From Alphaproteobacteria bacterium (GTDB taxonomy: Bacteria > Pseudomonadota > Alphaproteobacteria > Rhizobiales > JAJFHR01): DNA of 64,000 bases. The position numbers were made by a program, and so were the translations under genes. Below the pieces are notes generated by a model. That model was not told the origin of the DNA. It ran no database searches and worked only from the letters and a program-made list of their open reading frames with translations. The DNA lies in assembly GCA_024278055.1 (NCBI GenBank), contig JAJRTY010000167.1, positions 28,338 to 92,337 on the forward strand, written 5' to 3'. Shown here piece by piece: positions 1 to 9,985 of the stretch; within the stretch, counting starts at the first letter, position 1; every line of letters starts with the position of its first letter.

Positions 1-980
1 TACGCTTGGATGATGAAGCATGTACATATCTAATTGCTCGTATTGCGACGGACCTTGGTGTCATCGAACGGCTTCCTGAAATAAAAGAGGGTGTTCCCGA
101 ATTTTACAACTCAGGCGCACTGAATGAACTCAGCATACCTGGTGTAGATGCACTTGCTCTGTTTCAGAAGTTGTTAGAAATCGACCCGAATGCAGACACA
201 TATTTCGCTTGTCTCGCGTCGCTCCATAAAGCTCGGCTCAAGTATGAAACCATTTTGGAAACGCAGCCAATACCAACCTTGGAACAAGTTGGCCCGCGAG
301 GGCTACTCCAATTTGGTCAACTGAGCTCAAAAGGGCTGGCTACATTTCTATTCTGGCGCAAGTGGTTTTTTGATATCGATAACAGAGCAGGTCAGGAGAC
401 TGGATACCTTTTTGAGCCCGTGATTGCCAATGCAATAGGGGGCACCCCAGTTTCTGCCGCGCGTAGTCCGGTCAAAAGGCGTTCAGACAATAGGAAGGGT
501 CGACAGGTTGATTGTTTGGTCGGCAATCGAGCTTATGAACTTAAGATTCGAATGACCATTGCGGCCTCCGGCCAAGGAAGGTGGAGTGAAGAGTTGGATT
601 TCCCTCTGGATTGTGTGGCCAGCGAATACGTTCCCGTCTTATTGGTATTGGACAGCACTGCAAACCCAAAGTTAACTGAATTGACAAACGCTTTTTTGGC
701 GCAAGATGGGGAAGTTTATATTGGTGAAGATGCTTGGGCGCATCTTGACGAGTTAGCCGGCCCGACAATGGCTAATTTCATTGACCGCTACGTTCGAAAA
801 CCAATGGCAAGCCTGCTGGCTGAAGCTTCCGAGCAACTAGAACCGTTCACAGCTTTTTTCGAAGGCTCAGATATCATTTTTCAAGTCGGGGAGGAATCGA
901 TCAAAATAATTCGCCGAACAGTAGTTGCATCCGAAGAAGGTCGCGATAGGTCCGCAAGTTGTAATGAAGCTGACTTGTAA
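1..980 (+). CDS. ApaLI-like type II restriction endonuclease (5'-truncated by window edge)
   Basis: Frame is open from the window start. Motifs WRKWFFDIDNRAGQETGYLFEP, GRQVDC..AYELKIRMTIAASGQGR (PD-(D/E)xK core) and AWAHLDELAGPTMANFIDRYVR closely match R.ApaLI as I recall it. Confidence 0.8.
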   Translation, partial: RLDDEACTYLIARIATDLGVIERLPEIKEGVPEFYNSGALNELSIPGVDALALFQKLLEIDPNADTYFACLASLHKARLKYETILETQPIPTLEQVGPRGLLQFGQLSSKGLATFLFWRKWFFDIDNRAGQETGYLFEPVIANAIGGTPVSAARSPVKRRSDNRKGRQVDCLVGNRAYELKIRMTIAASGQGRWSEELDFPLDCVASEYVPVLLVLDSTANPKLTELTNAFLAQDGEVYIGEDAWAHLDELAGPTMANFIDRYVRKPMASLLAEASEQLEPFTAFFEGSDIIFQVGEESIKIIRRTVVASEEGRDRSASCNEADL

Positions 981-1117
981 GTTCGCAGCGCAGGGAGTTC
1001 CCTACCCCTCCGCATACCCTCCCCATAAAACACCACTTTCCCCCCCGTCCAACACCTCGCCCACAAAACAAATATCAATGGCCTTTTTTTTAACAAATAC
1101 ATGTCTTATATTACTTC

Positions 1118-1450
1118 TGCCGGGTCACACCGGCTATGGCGATAAATGGCTTTCGTAATAAACCATTCGGACCCGGGGGCGGTACCCGGCGCCTCCACCA
1201 ATTATCTCGAGCCGTTAGCTGCGGTGGTTTTATGAGAATATGGGGGCGAAACAGGATCGACGAGGGTGTAAAGGAATTGTTTTCGCTCGGCATGGTTCCG
1301 CCGATATCGGGCCGTTTTAATAGTTGCAAATGACAACTACGCAGAGGCACGTCTCGCTGCTTAGGCAGTGCGACAGCTTCGAAATTAGTCCTAGACATTT
1401 GCATGCCTAGGCGGGGTTCGGAGAGCACCTGGCAACAGAAGCTCTCCACT
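1118..1450 (+). ncRNA. ssrA: Circularly permuted (two-piece) tmRNA
   Basis: T-arm and CGCCTCCACCA end at 1200, before the 5' end GGGGGCG at 1242. The acceptor stem pairs with a G3-U alanine determinant. Tag frame 1326-1364 reads ANDNYAEARLAA*. The 3' motif GGCAACAGAA is present and sspB follows. Outer ends approximate. Confidence 0.95.
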
Positions 1451-1584
1451 AATTGTCTACCATGCTCAAACAGCACAAGGAATTGGTGGTGAAAAAATAC
1501 AAAAACATGTGGGATTACGTAATCAGCACTTGATAGAAACATCGCTTGGTTTATTGTTCGAAATAAGAATCAACAAGGTACAGC

Positions 1585-2103
1585 ATGACTGAAAAAATGC
1601 CCCAGGATTTTATGCGTTATGACCTTATGGCGCAAAAAGCATTGCGCGGCGTCGTACGTTTGGCGCTCGAACGCATCGCAGAGACCGGATTACCCGGAGA
1701 TCATCACTTTTACATTTCCTTTGATACGCAAGCGCCGGGCGTCAAAATGTCGGACCGCCTGCGCCGCGAATATACCGAGGAGATGACAATTGTACTCCAG
1801 CATCAATACTGGGGACTGGAAATTCATGATGATTTCTTCCAGATCGAGTTGAGCTTCAACGATCTGCCCGAAAAAATTGTTATTCCTTACGTTTGCATCA
1901 AGGGATTTTTTGATCCCAGCGTACAATTCGGACTTCAGTTCCAAAACGATGCGGATGACGAGGAAACCGAAATCACTGCAGAAACAGCAAGCAACCCTGA
2001 AAGCAGCACAATTGCCAACAATGACGAAGCCGACGCCATGCCGGTGGCCGCTGCCAGCGGCGGTGCCGATGTTGTTGTTCTTGACGCTTTCCGCAAAAAA
2101 TAA
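1585..2103 (+). CDS. sspB: ClpXP adaptor SspB (alphaproteobacterial type)
   Basis: GLPGDHHFYISF, MTIVLQHQYW, FFDPSVQFGLQF; C-terminal VVVLDAFRKK ClpX-binding tail; directly downstream of ssrA. Confidence 0.93.
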   Translation: MTEKMPQDFMRYDLMAQKALRGVVRLALERIAETGLPGDHHFYISFDTQAPGVKMSDRLRREYTEEMTIVLQHQYWGLEIHDDFFQIELSFNDLPEKIVIPYVCIKGFFDPSVQFGLQFQNDADDEETEITAETASNPESSTIANNDEADAMPVAAASGGADVVVLDAFRKK

Positions 2104-2133
2104 ACAGGTCTCGAGAAAGGCGGATCTTCTCTC

Positions 2134-3546
2134 ATGGAAGACTATTCCGCTTTAACTTCGCCCGTGGAGGCAACAGCCGCTCTTTGGCAATTGGCCAAAG
2201 CCGATCCGGATCTGCTTAAAACCCTCACGCTTGATGGTGCAGACCCGGTGTTGCCTTCTTCCTTTCTCATCGGCACTGCTGCACAAGCCAGCATAGCAGC
2301 GGCAACTCTGGCCGCCGCGCAATTGTGGCAATTGCGTAATAATCAAACCCAGCGAGCCTCGGTTGACATGCGCCACGCTGCCGTTGAATTCAGGTCAGAA
2401 CGTTATCTCGAGATCGATGGCAAGCCGGCGCCGGAATTGTGGGATGCTATTGCCGGAAACTACCGGACCCGGGATAATCGCCGGGTCAGGCTGCATACAA
2501 ATTTCCCCGCCCACCGCGATGGCATGCTCGAGCTTTTGCAATGCACTCACGATCGCCCGGCTGTACAAAAAGCACTTCTGGGCTGGGATGCCTCCGACAT
2601 TGAAGAACAGGCAAATGCGCGCGGCCTTCTGGCCACAATGATGCGCAGCCGGGAAGAATGGCGCACCCACGGCCAAGGGGCAGCTGTCGCTACGATGCTA
2701 CCTTTCACCATCGAAAAAACCGGCGAGGCCGCTCCCCGCCCCCTCAAACCTTCAGCGCGGCCACTTGGCAATATCCGCGTTCTTGATCTTACCCGCGTCA
2801 TTGCCGGGCCGGTCTGTGGCCGCACCCTGGCTGCCCATGGCGCTGAGGTCATGCGCATTACCGCTCAACACCTCCCCTCCATGGCTCCTCTGGCTATCGA
2901 CAACGGCCGGGGAAAATTGTCAGCCTTTCTGGATTTACGCAACACACAGGACCAGGCAAATCTGGCCGAGCTTGTGCGCCAGTCAGATGTCTTCGTTCAG
3001 GGCTATCGGCCCGGCACAATAGCATCGCGCGGCTTTTCGCCTGAAGACCTGGTAAAACTGCGCCCGGGAATTATCACCGCCTCCCTGTCTGCCTACAGCA
3101 CTCACGGCCCCTGGGCCAACCGTCGTGGTTTTGACAGTCTGGTGCAAATGGCCAGCGGTATCAATGTTGAAGAAGCCATTGCCGCAGGCACTGACGCGCC
3201 CAAGACCCTGCCCTGTCAGGCTCTCGATCATGCCGCCGGGTTTATCTTGAGTTTTGCCATTATGATTGCCCTGCACCGGCGCACAACCATTGGCGGCAGC
3301 TGGCATGTTGCAACGTCTCTAGCCCAGGCTGGTCGCTGGATTGAAAATCTGGGACGGCTTGAGGATGGTTTCAACTGCCCCGATCCCGACAGATGCGACA
3401 TCGCAGATCTGTTGCAGGAAACCCCATCAGGCTTTGGCCGACTCAGTGCGGTAAAGCCATCGGGCATTTTAGAAAAATCCCCGGCGTTCTGGAACAAACC
3501 ATCGATGCCACTGGGGTCACACCCGCCACGCTGGGCGCAAGAATAG
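2134..3546 (+). CDS. CaiB/BaiF family (class III) CoA-transferase
   Basis: RVLDLTRVIAGPVCGRTLAAHGA, DVFVQGYRPG, RRGFDSLVQ motifs. Confidence 0.9.
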   Translation: MEDYSALTSPVEATAALWQLAKADPDLLKTLTLDGADPVLPSSFLIGTAAQASIAAATLAAAQLWQLRNNQTQRASVDMRHAAVEFRSERYLEIDGKPAPELWDAIAGNYRTRDNRRVRLHTNFPAHRDGMLELLQCTHDRPAVQKALLGWDASDIEEQANARGLLATMMRSREEWRTHGQGAAVATMLPFTIEKTGEAAPRPLKPSARPLGNIRVLDLTRVIAGPVCGRTLAAHGAEVMRITAQHLPSMAPLAIDNGRGKLSAFLDLRNTQDQANLAELVRQSDVFVQGYRPGTIASRGFSPEDLVKLRPGIITASLSAYSTHGPWANRRGFDSLVQMASGINVEEAIAAGTDAPKTLPCQALDHAAGFILSFAIMIALHRRTTIGGSWHVATSLAQAGRWIENLGRLEDGFNCPDPDRCDIADLLQETPSGFGRLSAVKPSGILEKSPAFWNKPSMPLGSHPPRWAQE

Positions 3547-3632
3547 CGGGTAGAATTTTTTTAAGTTTTTTGATACAAAAAAATGTAACAATCCGTGCAT
3601 AATCAAAAACAAAAATAACAAAGAAAAATTCA

Positions 3633-4556
3633 ATGGCTGATATCATAATAACTGAATTTATGGATGATGCTGCTGTCGCATCACTCAAATCAAAGTGGTC
3701 TGTAATTTACGATCCACAGCTCCATAAAACTCCTGACACCCTGCAACGAGAACTGATTAGCGCCCGGGGTCTGATCATCCGCAATCAAACGCAGATTACC
3801 GCCGCCATGCTCGACATAGCACCCAACCTCACCACCATAGGACGTCTCGGGGTCGGGCTGGATAATATTGACCTCGATGCCTGCAAGCAACGCGGCATCA
3901 CTGTCATTCCAGCTATTGGTGCCAATGCCAAGGCCGTTTCTGAATACGTTATCTCGGTTGCCCTGATCCTGCTGCGCAAAGCCTATTTTTCAACCAATGA
4001 TGTTCTGTCAGGCCTGTGGCCACGCACGCAACTGATTGGCGCCGAAGTCAGCGGCAAAACGCTGGGGCTTATCGGGTTTGGCTCTATTTCCCGCCAGGTT
4101 TCCCGTGATGCAACCGTTTTGGGCATGAAGACAATTGCGTTCGATCCGTTTGTTGATGACAGGGATGAAGCCTGGGAATACACCGAAAAAGATACGTTTA
4201 ACAATATTCTGCGGCGCTCGGACATATTGTCTTTGCACGTCCCCCTCACCGAGGGTACCCGCCACCTCATTGCCGCAGAAGCGCTGACCTTGATGAAACC
4301 TTCAGCCATCATCATCAATACCTCTCGTGGTGGAATTATCGATGAAACAGCCCTGGTCGCCGCACTGAAGTCAGACCGGTTATTTGGTGCAGCTCTTGAT
4401 GTTTTTGAAACCGAACCATTGACCGCCCAGTCCGGCAGAAAATTCGAGGGCCTGAAAAATCTCATCCTGACCCCGCATATTGCAGGCGTAACCGATGAAG
4501 CAAATGTACGAACTTCAAGATTGATTGCCGATAAAATTCTTGCGGCGCTAGCCTGA
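3633..4556 (+). CDS. D-isomer-specific 2-hydroxyacid dehydrogenase (SlcC/(S)-sulfolactate dehydrogenase-like)
   Basis: [42 protein letters not shown]. The N-terminal ITEFMD resembles the SlcC subgroup; substrate is inferred only. Confidence 0.85.
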   Translation: MADIIITEFMDDAAVASLKSKWSVIYDPQLHKTPDTLQRELISARGLIIRNQTQITAAMLDIAPNLTTIGRLGVGLDNIDLDACKQRGITVIPAIGANAKAVSEYVISVALILLRKAYFSTNDVLSGLWPRTQLIGAEVSGKTLGLIGFGSISRQVSRDATVLGMKTIAFDPFVDDRDEAWEYTEKDTFNNILRRSDILSLHVPLTEGTRHLIAAEALTLMKPSAIIINTSRGGIIDETALVAALKSDRLFGAALDVFETEPLTAQSGRKFEGLKNLILTPHIAGVTDEANVRTSRLIADKILAALA

Positions 4557-4615
4557 ATTCCTCAATTTGTGTTAGCATGCGCGAACCACCTGAAGTTTTC
4601 ATAATAAGAGGCATC

Positions 4616-6010
4616 ATGACCGACACTCGTACAGAGACCGACAGCTTTGGCCCGCTTGAAGTACCAGCCGACAAATACTGGGGCGCACAAACACAGCGTT
4701 CTCTGGGTAACTTCAAAATCGGTGTTGAGAAAATGCCCGGTTCGCTCATTCGTGCCCTGGGGATTGTTAAAAAATCAGCCGCCCTCACCAACAATCAGCT
4801 TGACAACCTCGAAGACCACATCACTAAAGCCATCGCAGAAGCCGCACAGGAAGTCATTGACGCAAAGCTCGACGATAATTTCCCGCTTGTTGTGTGGCAG
4901 ACCGGGTCGGGCACCCAAAGCAACATGAATGCCAATGAAGTCATCGCCAATCGCGCCATTGAAATTCTCGGCGGCACCATGGGCACCAAAGACCCGGTAC
5001 ACCCCAATGACCATTGCAATCGCTCGCAATCCTCCAATGACACTTTTCCAACCGCCATGCACATTGCCGCTGTTGAGCAGGTTTACAACACGTTGTTGCC
5101 GGCCCTTGATCATCTGGCAGCAGCGCTGGAGAAAAAATCACAGAGCTGGCAGGATATTATCAAAATCGGCCGCACCCATCTCCAGGACGCGACACCCTTG
5201 ACGCTTGGCCAGGAATTTTCTGGCTACTCAGCCCAAATCAGATTGAGCATTGAGCGATGTTCCGAAGCCCTCAAGCGGCTTTACCCGCTGGCGCAAGGCG
5301 GCACCGCAGTGGGCACAGGCCTCAACGCCCACCCGGCATTTGCGCAAGCCTTTGCCGAACATGTGGCCGGGATTACCGGATTGCCTTTCGTTACTGCAAA
5401 AAACAAGTTTGAAGCGCTCGCAGCCCATGATGCCATCGTTGAAATGTCAGGTGCTCTTAACACCACCGCTGTAAGCCTGTTCAAAATTGCCAACGATATT
5501 CGCCTTCTCGGCTCGGGCCCGCGCTCAGGGTTGGGCGAAATTTCCCTGCCCGAAAATGAACCCGGCTCCTCTATAATGCCGGGCAAGGTAAACCCCACTC
5601 AGTGTGAGGCCCTGACCATGGTATGCACCCAAGTTATGGGCAATCACACCACGATAACCATCGCCGGCAGCCAGGGTCATTTTGAACTCAATGTGTTCAA
5701 GCCGGTGATGATTTATAATCTGCTGCAATCGATCCGGCTTATCGCTGAAGGCGCCATCAGCTTTACCGATAATTGCGTTGTCGGCATTGAGCCAAATGAG
5801 GAAAATATATCCACCCTGATGCAACGCTCTTTAATGCTGGTCACCGCCCTGGCACCAAAAATCGGCTACGACAATGCCACAAAAGTTGCCAAAACCGCCC
5901 ACAAAAACGGCACGACCTTGCGTGAGGAGGCGGTCAGACTGGGGTTTGTTAGCGAAGAAGAGTTTGATCAGGTGGTACGCCCGGAAAAAATGATTTCACC
6001 GCAAGCCTGA
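4616..6010 (+). CDS. fumC: Class II fumarate hydratase
   Basis: TRTETDSFG start, [34 protein letters not shown] signature. ATG 4616 has a GAGG RBS. Confidence 0.97.
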   Translation: MTDTRTETDSFGPLEVPADKYWGAQTQRSLGNFKIGVEKMPGSLIRALGIVKKSAALTNNQLDNLEDHITKAIAEAAQEVIDAKLDDNFPLVVWQTGSGTQSNMNANEVIANRAIEILGGTMGTKDPVHPNDHCNRSQSSNDTFPTAMHIAAVEQVYNTLLPALDHLAAALEKKSQSWQDIIKIGRTHLQDATPLTLGQEFSGYSAQIRLSIERCSEALKRLYPLAQGGTAVGTGLNAHPAFAQAFAEHVAGITGLPFVTAKNKFEALAAHDAIVEMSGALNTTAVSLFKIANDIRLLGSGPRSGLGEISLPENEPGSSIMPGKVNPTQCEALTMVCTQVMGNHTTITIAGSQGHFELNVFKPVMIYNLLQSIRLIAEGAISFTDNCVVGIEPNEENISTLMQRSLMLVTALAPKIGYDNATKVAKTAHKNGTTLREEAVRLGFVSEEEFDQVVRPEKMISPQA

Positions 6011-6228
6011 TGAGCGGTCCGCAAAAACGTTCCATTAAAGTGGCCGGGCACCGTACCAGCACCTCACTGGAGCCGGATTTCCGGCAGGCTTTGCACGAAA
6101 TTGCCCAGGCTCAAAATACCTCAATGGCCGAATTGATTGCAGGGGTTGACAGTGCGCGCGGCAAAACCAACCTGTCCAGCGCTCTGCGGTGTTTCATTCT
6201 CAATCATTACAGAGCCGCCAAAACGTGA
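6010..6228 (+). CDS. Ribbon-helix-helix domain protein (RHH_4-like)
   Basis: KRSIKVAGHRTS.SLE..F...L; NLSSALR; TGATG overlap with fumC; usual neighbour of fumC and AsmA in Rhizobiales. Confidence 0.85.
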   Translation: MSGPQKRSIKVAGHRTSTSLEPDFRQALHEIAQAQNTSMAELIAGVDSARGKTNLSSALRCFILNHYRAAKT

Positions 6229-9200
6229 TCAATTCACAGAAGCAGGTGCGTTTGAATCTGTTGAGCTGACCGTTGGCTCCGGGATGAGCGGTAATGGGCT
6301 GCGTTCTATTAGTTTCTTGTTCTTTAGACGTTGGCGTGCTTCTTCTTCAAGCTTTTCCAGTTGCTTAACACTATCCTGCAAGGTTTTAACCACAAGAAAC
6401 TCACGCAATCCTTCAGCGTCAAAATTACGTTCCGGGGCATTGACCGGTCCGGTATATAATAACAGCAACGCAGGAGAACCGGGAAAATCGGTAAAGGAAA
6501 ACCGCCACTCATTATCAAGCCTGTAGACACTGAGATCGATCACAAGCGAGGTTTGTCCGCTGACACTTTCGGATTCAAAACGCAAGTCCGTGGTCGCCAC
6601 CAGCCCGTTGTTGATGGTAAATGAAGTATCAAGGTTACCATAAGACATCTGACCTTCAACCAGAAGGCCATCAACCAGACTGTTGAGTTCGCCTTCAGTC
6701 TCAATGCTGGCCAGCGCGGTGGCAAAAGGAGTGGGATTGATACCATTGAGGACACCATCCTCAATTTGCAGAACGCCCGCCCCGTTCATTGCAGAAAACA
6801 GCCCGCGCACACTCCTGCCCTCAGCCTTCACATTGCCCGAAATATAGGCTTTGCCGCCAATCGCCCAGCGTTTTTCCTTAGGCCTGGCGATCTGTTCAAG
6901 CTCACCACCGTCCAGGGAATATTCCGAATTCAGCTTCAGGGCACCGTTAACGTCATCCAGGGTTGCCTTGAGGCTTAAGTCGCCACCATAGAGTTTTCCT
7001 GTTAATTGTTTCAGGTCAAATTTGCCGCGCCGCGAATGAATTTTGGCCCTCACATTTTTAATCACCGTTGTTTCGGTAGCAAGCCTGTCCACCAGCAGAT
7101 CAACCTTCAAATCGGCAATTCTCAATCGCCCAAGATCAAAGGGCTGCGCCGACCATACCTGATCATTGTCTGGCTCAGCCGTCCCCGGCTTTATACCGCC
7201 ACCAAAAACAGCATCAAAAGCCCACGGAAATGACATTTCACTCGTCTTCACTTCAGCTGTTACAATCGGAACGTCGCCTCCCAACACCATGGTGGCATTC
7301 AAACTGACCGGGGTTTTGCCAACCTTTCCCTCAAAGCCGGTAAGAACCAGTTCCGATATTTTTCCCGCCAGTGTCCCTTTAAAAGAAAGAGGCAGGGTTT
7401 CATCGCTGCCGTCATTTAGCGGCACATGCAAAACCGATAGCAGAGACCTTGCATCTTCGCTCATAACCGCCACATCGGCTTCAAGCCGTGGCTCACCGTC
7501 CACTCTTGCCAGCACGCCCGAAAGGTTGCCGCTGGCACCATAAGCCTCAAGGCCGAAATCGACCTCCAGACGCTTGTTGACATCGCCTTTGATGCGTGCG
7601 CGAAAAATGCCGACTTGCGATGATGGTTTAACATCTCCGGGCTTTGCCCACCCAAGCTGGGTCAATAATCTGGCGCCGTTCTGATTACTGGCCTCAGCCT
7701 CAAAGTCGAGCCTCGATCGGGCAAATTCATTCAATTTCCCCAACAACAAAAACCGGCTGGAGATATCTGTTCCACCTGCGGACCCGTTTATCCTGAAAAG
7801 ATGGTGAGGGTGGCCGCCTTCAAACGAGGATTTGAACGATATGTCCAGATTGAGAGGTCCAAAACCTTTGGCAACATCAGGGTTGTTATCACCGATTCCC
7901 AGCATTTCAAACAGGTCTGTCGGATCGGGAGCCGTCAGCGAAGCTTCCAGCACGCCTGCGGGCTTGCCGTTTATGTCAGAGATGGTTCCCTTGGTGGTCA
8001 GGCTGCTGCCACCGATATCTGCAAAATCGAATTTTTTAATTGTTAATTTTCCCGCCTCCAGCCCCACATCAGCAGCAAGGCCACGCACGGCAATACCGCG
8101 GGAAATCAGACTGCCGACGCTAAGGCGGATATTGGCATCAAAACGAACGAACAGGTTGGCGATGTCTTTGATAATCTGTGCGCCCGGGAAGCCACCCTGG
8201 GATGATCCCGCTTTAAGTTGATCGGGCGGAAAATACCGGTCGAGATTTATCTGGTCAATTGAAAGTGCCAGACCAAATGCCGGGCGCTGCCGCAAAGCAT
8301 AAGACAGTCCCGCAGAAGCCTGGGTTTCGTCCAGCTTCACATCCATTTCCAGAAGGTCAATCGATTTAGGCGCTACTTTCAATTTGCCTGTAGCCGACAG
8401 CCTGCCGCTGTATCCACTCACCCTTGATCCCATGAGCGGGTCAAGGGAAGGAACAAGCCAGCGGGTAAAGTCCTTGGCATTCAGAGAGTTAAAGTCAAAA
8501 ACCCCGTCAAACCGAGCCGTCTTGGCCCGGGTCAGGAAAAGTCCTTTCACCGTCAACCGGCTGCGCCCGGGAAGGTTGCCGGAAGCCTCCAGAACCTCAA
8601 CATGATTATCGGCAAACCGCAATTTCAATACCGATTTTTCGATCGCCAGCCCGCCAACAACCACAGTATCAAGACCAAGCAATATTCTACCGCCAAACCC
8701 GTTGCCATTGAGCCCCGGCAGAGCATCAGCCATCAGGCTCAAAAACCACGCCATTGTGGCCGACGCCGGACGGGGTTCGATCAGTTTCACTTTTTGCGAT
8801 GGTGTTTTTTTCGCCCCCTTCCCGGCCGCCCCCGCAAGCCCCAGCAAATTATCAAGGTCGAGGCGTTTGGAGTATAGTTCAACAATGAATTCCGAACTGT
8901 TCTGCCACAAGGCCTGGGCGCGGCCCGAAAAACGCGATGCCGTGGCACCCTGACTGATTACCGCCTTGATATTTTCGAGCTGGATACCGACAAAAGAAGT
9001 GGCAATTTTGGCTTCGAGCTTACCAAAAAACTTTTCTTTTGCTCCTGGTGCAATGGTTTTAAAAAATTCAAGTTCACCGATATCCTGATTAATGATCAAT
9101 TTGCCGTCAAACCGCGGCCCCTGATCCGAAGTATCAAGAAGACCATCGAAGACAATTTCTTCCTCTTCTTTTTCTGGGATATTCAAACGCAGGGTTAAGC

Positions 9201-9834
9201 GCCGCACACCTGTCGCATCAGCCCTGCCTGCCCGCAATGAAAATTCCCGGGCCTGTCCAGCTAGCAGCAATTCACCGTTTGCCGCATAGGGCCCGACCAG
9301 CGCGCGCGCTGAAATCCGGGCATTGATGCCTGACACATCATAGGCAACCCGGCGTCTGGCATCTCTGAAAAACACCGAACCACTGGAAATGAGAACATCA
9401 TCAAGAATAATGTTCTGAAGATCCATCAACTCGCCAAAGTTGGTGGCAGTCTTGATTTGCCAGTTGGGAACCCCACGCATAGAAACATCAAACCGAAAGG
9501 TCGGGCGCACAAGCTCCACATCGGTGAATTGAAATTTACCCCGCAACAGCGGCGCCAGAGCAAGCCGGGCTTTAACCTGCGCTATGCTGGCAAGGGCGGC
9601 ACTGTCGCGATCATCGGGGGATTTGACCTCAACGCTGCCCAGACGAATAGTGCCGATGGGCAATATCCGAATATCTATGTCGCCGTTAATGCTGACCTGA
9701 CGACCCAGTATTCTTGCAGCTTCATTCTCAATTTCCGCGCGATAGGCCGTCCAGTTGATTAAAAACGGCGCAATTAAAGCGGTGAACAAAATCACCACAA
9801 TCAATCCACACGCCATGAGGAGTGGATGTTTCAC
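6229..9834 (-). CDS. AsmA-family protein
   Basis: 1201 aa; N-terminal TM then ALIAPFLINW..YRAEIE....ILGRQVSINGDI; repetitive beta-strand pattern; AsmA-like C-terminal region. Confidence 0.85.
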   Translation of the reverse strand: MKHPLLMACGLIVVILFTALIAPFLINWTAYRAEIENEAARILGRQVSINGDIDIRILPIGTIRLGSVEVKSPDDRDSAALASIAQVKARLALAPLLRGKFQFTDVELVRPTFRFDVSMRGVPNWQIKTATNFGELMDLQNIILDDVLISSGSVFFRDARRRVAYDVSGINARISARALVGPYAANGELLLAGQAREFSLRAGRADATGVRRLTLRLNIPEKEEEEIVFDGLLDTSDQGPRFDGKLIINQDIGELEFFKTIAPGAKEKFFGKLEAKIATSFVGIQLENIKAVISQGATASRFSGRAQALWQNSSEFIVELYSKRLDLDNLLGLAGAAGKGAKKTPSQKVKLIEPRPASATMAWFLSLMADALPGLNGNGFGGRILLGLDTVVVGGLAIEKSVLKLRFADNHVEVLEASGNLPGRSRLTVKGLFLTRAKTARFDGVFDFNSLNAKDFTRWLVPSLDPLMGSRVSGYSGRLSATGKLKVAPKSIDLLEMDVKLDETQASAGLSYALRQRPAFGLALSIDQINLDRYFPPDQLKAGSSQGGFPGAQIIKDIANLFVRFDANIRLSVGSLISRGIAVRGLAADVGLEAGKLTIKKFDFADIGGSSLTTKGTISDINGKPAGVLEASLTAPDPTDLFEMLGIGDNNPDVAKGFGPLNLDISFKSSFEGGHPHHLFRINGSAGGTDISSRFLLLGKLNEFARSRLDFEAEASNQNGARLLTQLGWAKPGDVKPSSQVGIFRARIKGDVNKRLEVDFGLEAYGASGNLSGVLARVDGEPRLEADVAVMSEDARSLLSVLHVPLNDGSDETLPLSFKGTLAGKISELVLTGFEGKVGKTPVSLNATMVLGGDVPIVTAEVKTSEMSFPWAFDAVFGGGIKPGTAEPDNDQVWSAQPFDLGRLRIADLKVDLLVDRLATETTVIKNVRAKIHSRRGKFDLKQLTGKLYGGDLSLKATLDDVNGALKLNSEYSLDGGELEQIARPKEKRWAIGGKAYISGNVKAEGRSVRGLFSAMNGAGVLQIEDGVLNGINPTPFATALASIETEGELNSLVDGLLVEGQMSYGNLDTSFTINNGLVATTDLRFESESVSGQTSLVIDLSVYRLDNEWRFSFTDFPGSPALLLLYTGPVNAPERNFDAEGLREFLVVKTLQDSVKQLEKLEEEARQRLKNKKLIERSPLPLIPEPTVSSTDSNAPASVN

Positions 9835-9985
9835 TGCTCAATTTCCATTTCCAAAACCAAAATCTGTCAAAACCTGATTGAATTCGAAGCTTCTCTTTTT
9901 CGATCAATCTTTGAAATTGATCCCTGTGCCCTGAAGTTAAGAGTAATTGATTCTCCAACAGTGGTCCTCAACAAAACGCCCCGAA

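Noticed and set aside
998-1065. C-rich tract resembling the REP arms
   Set aside because: No inverted partner and no CACAAG core; too degenerate to assign.
1168-1200. tRNA-like T-arm ending in CCA
   Set aside because: It is the acceptor end of the permuted tmRNA, not a standalone tRNA or an att remnant.
881-1542. ORFs 881-1102, 925-1158, 1111-1542 and 1136-1333
   Set aside because: They overlap the tmRNA gene or its promoter region and have no recognisable protein features.
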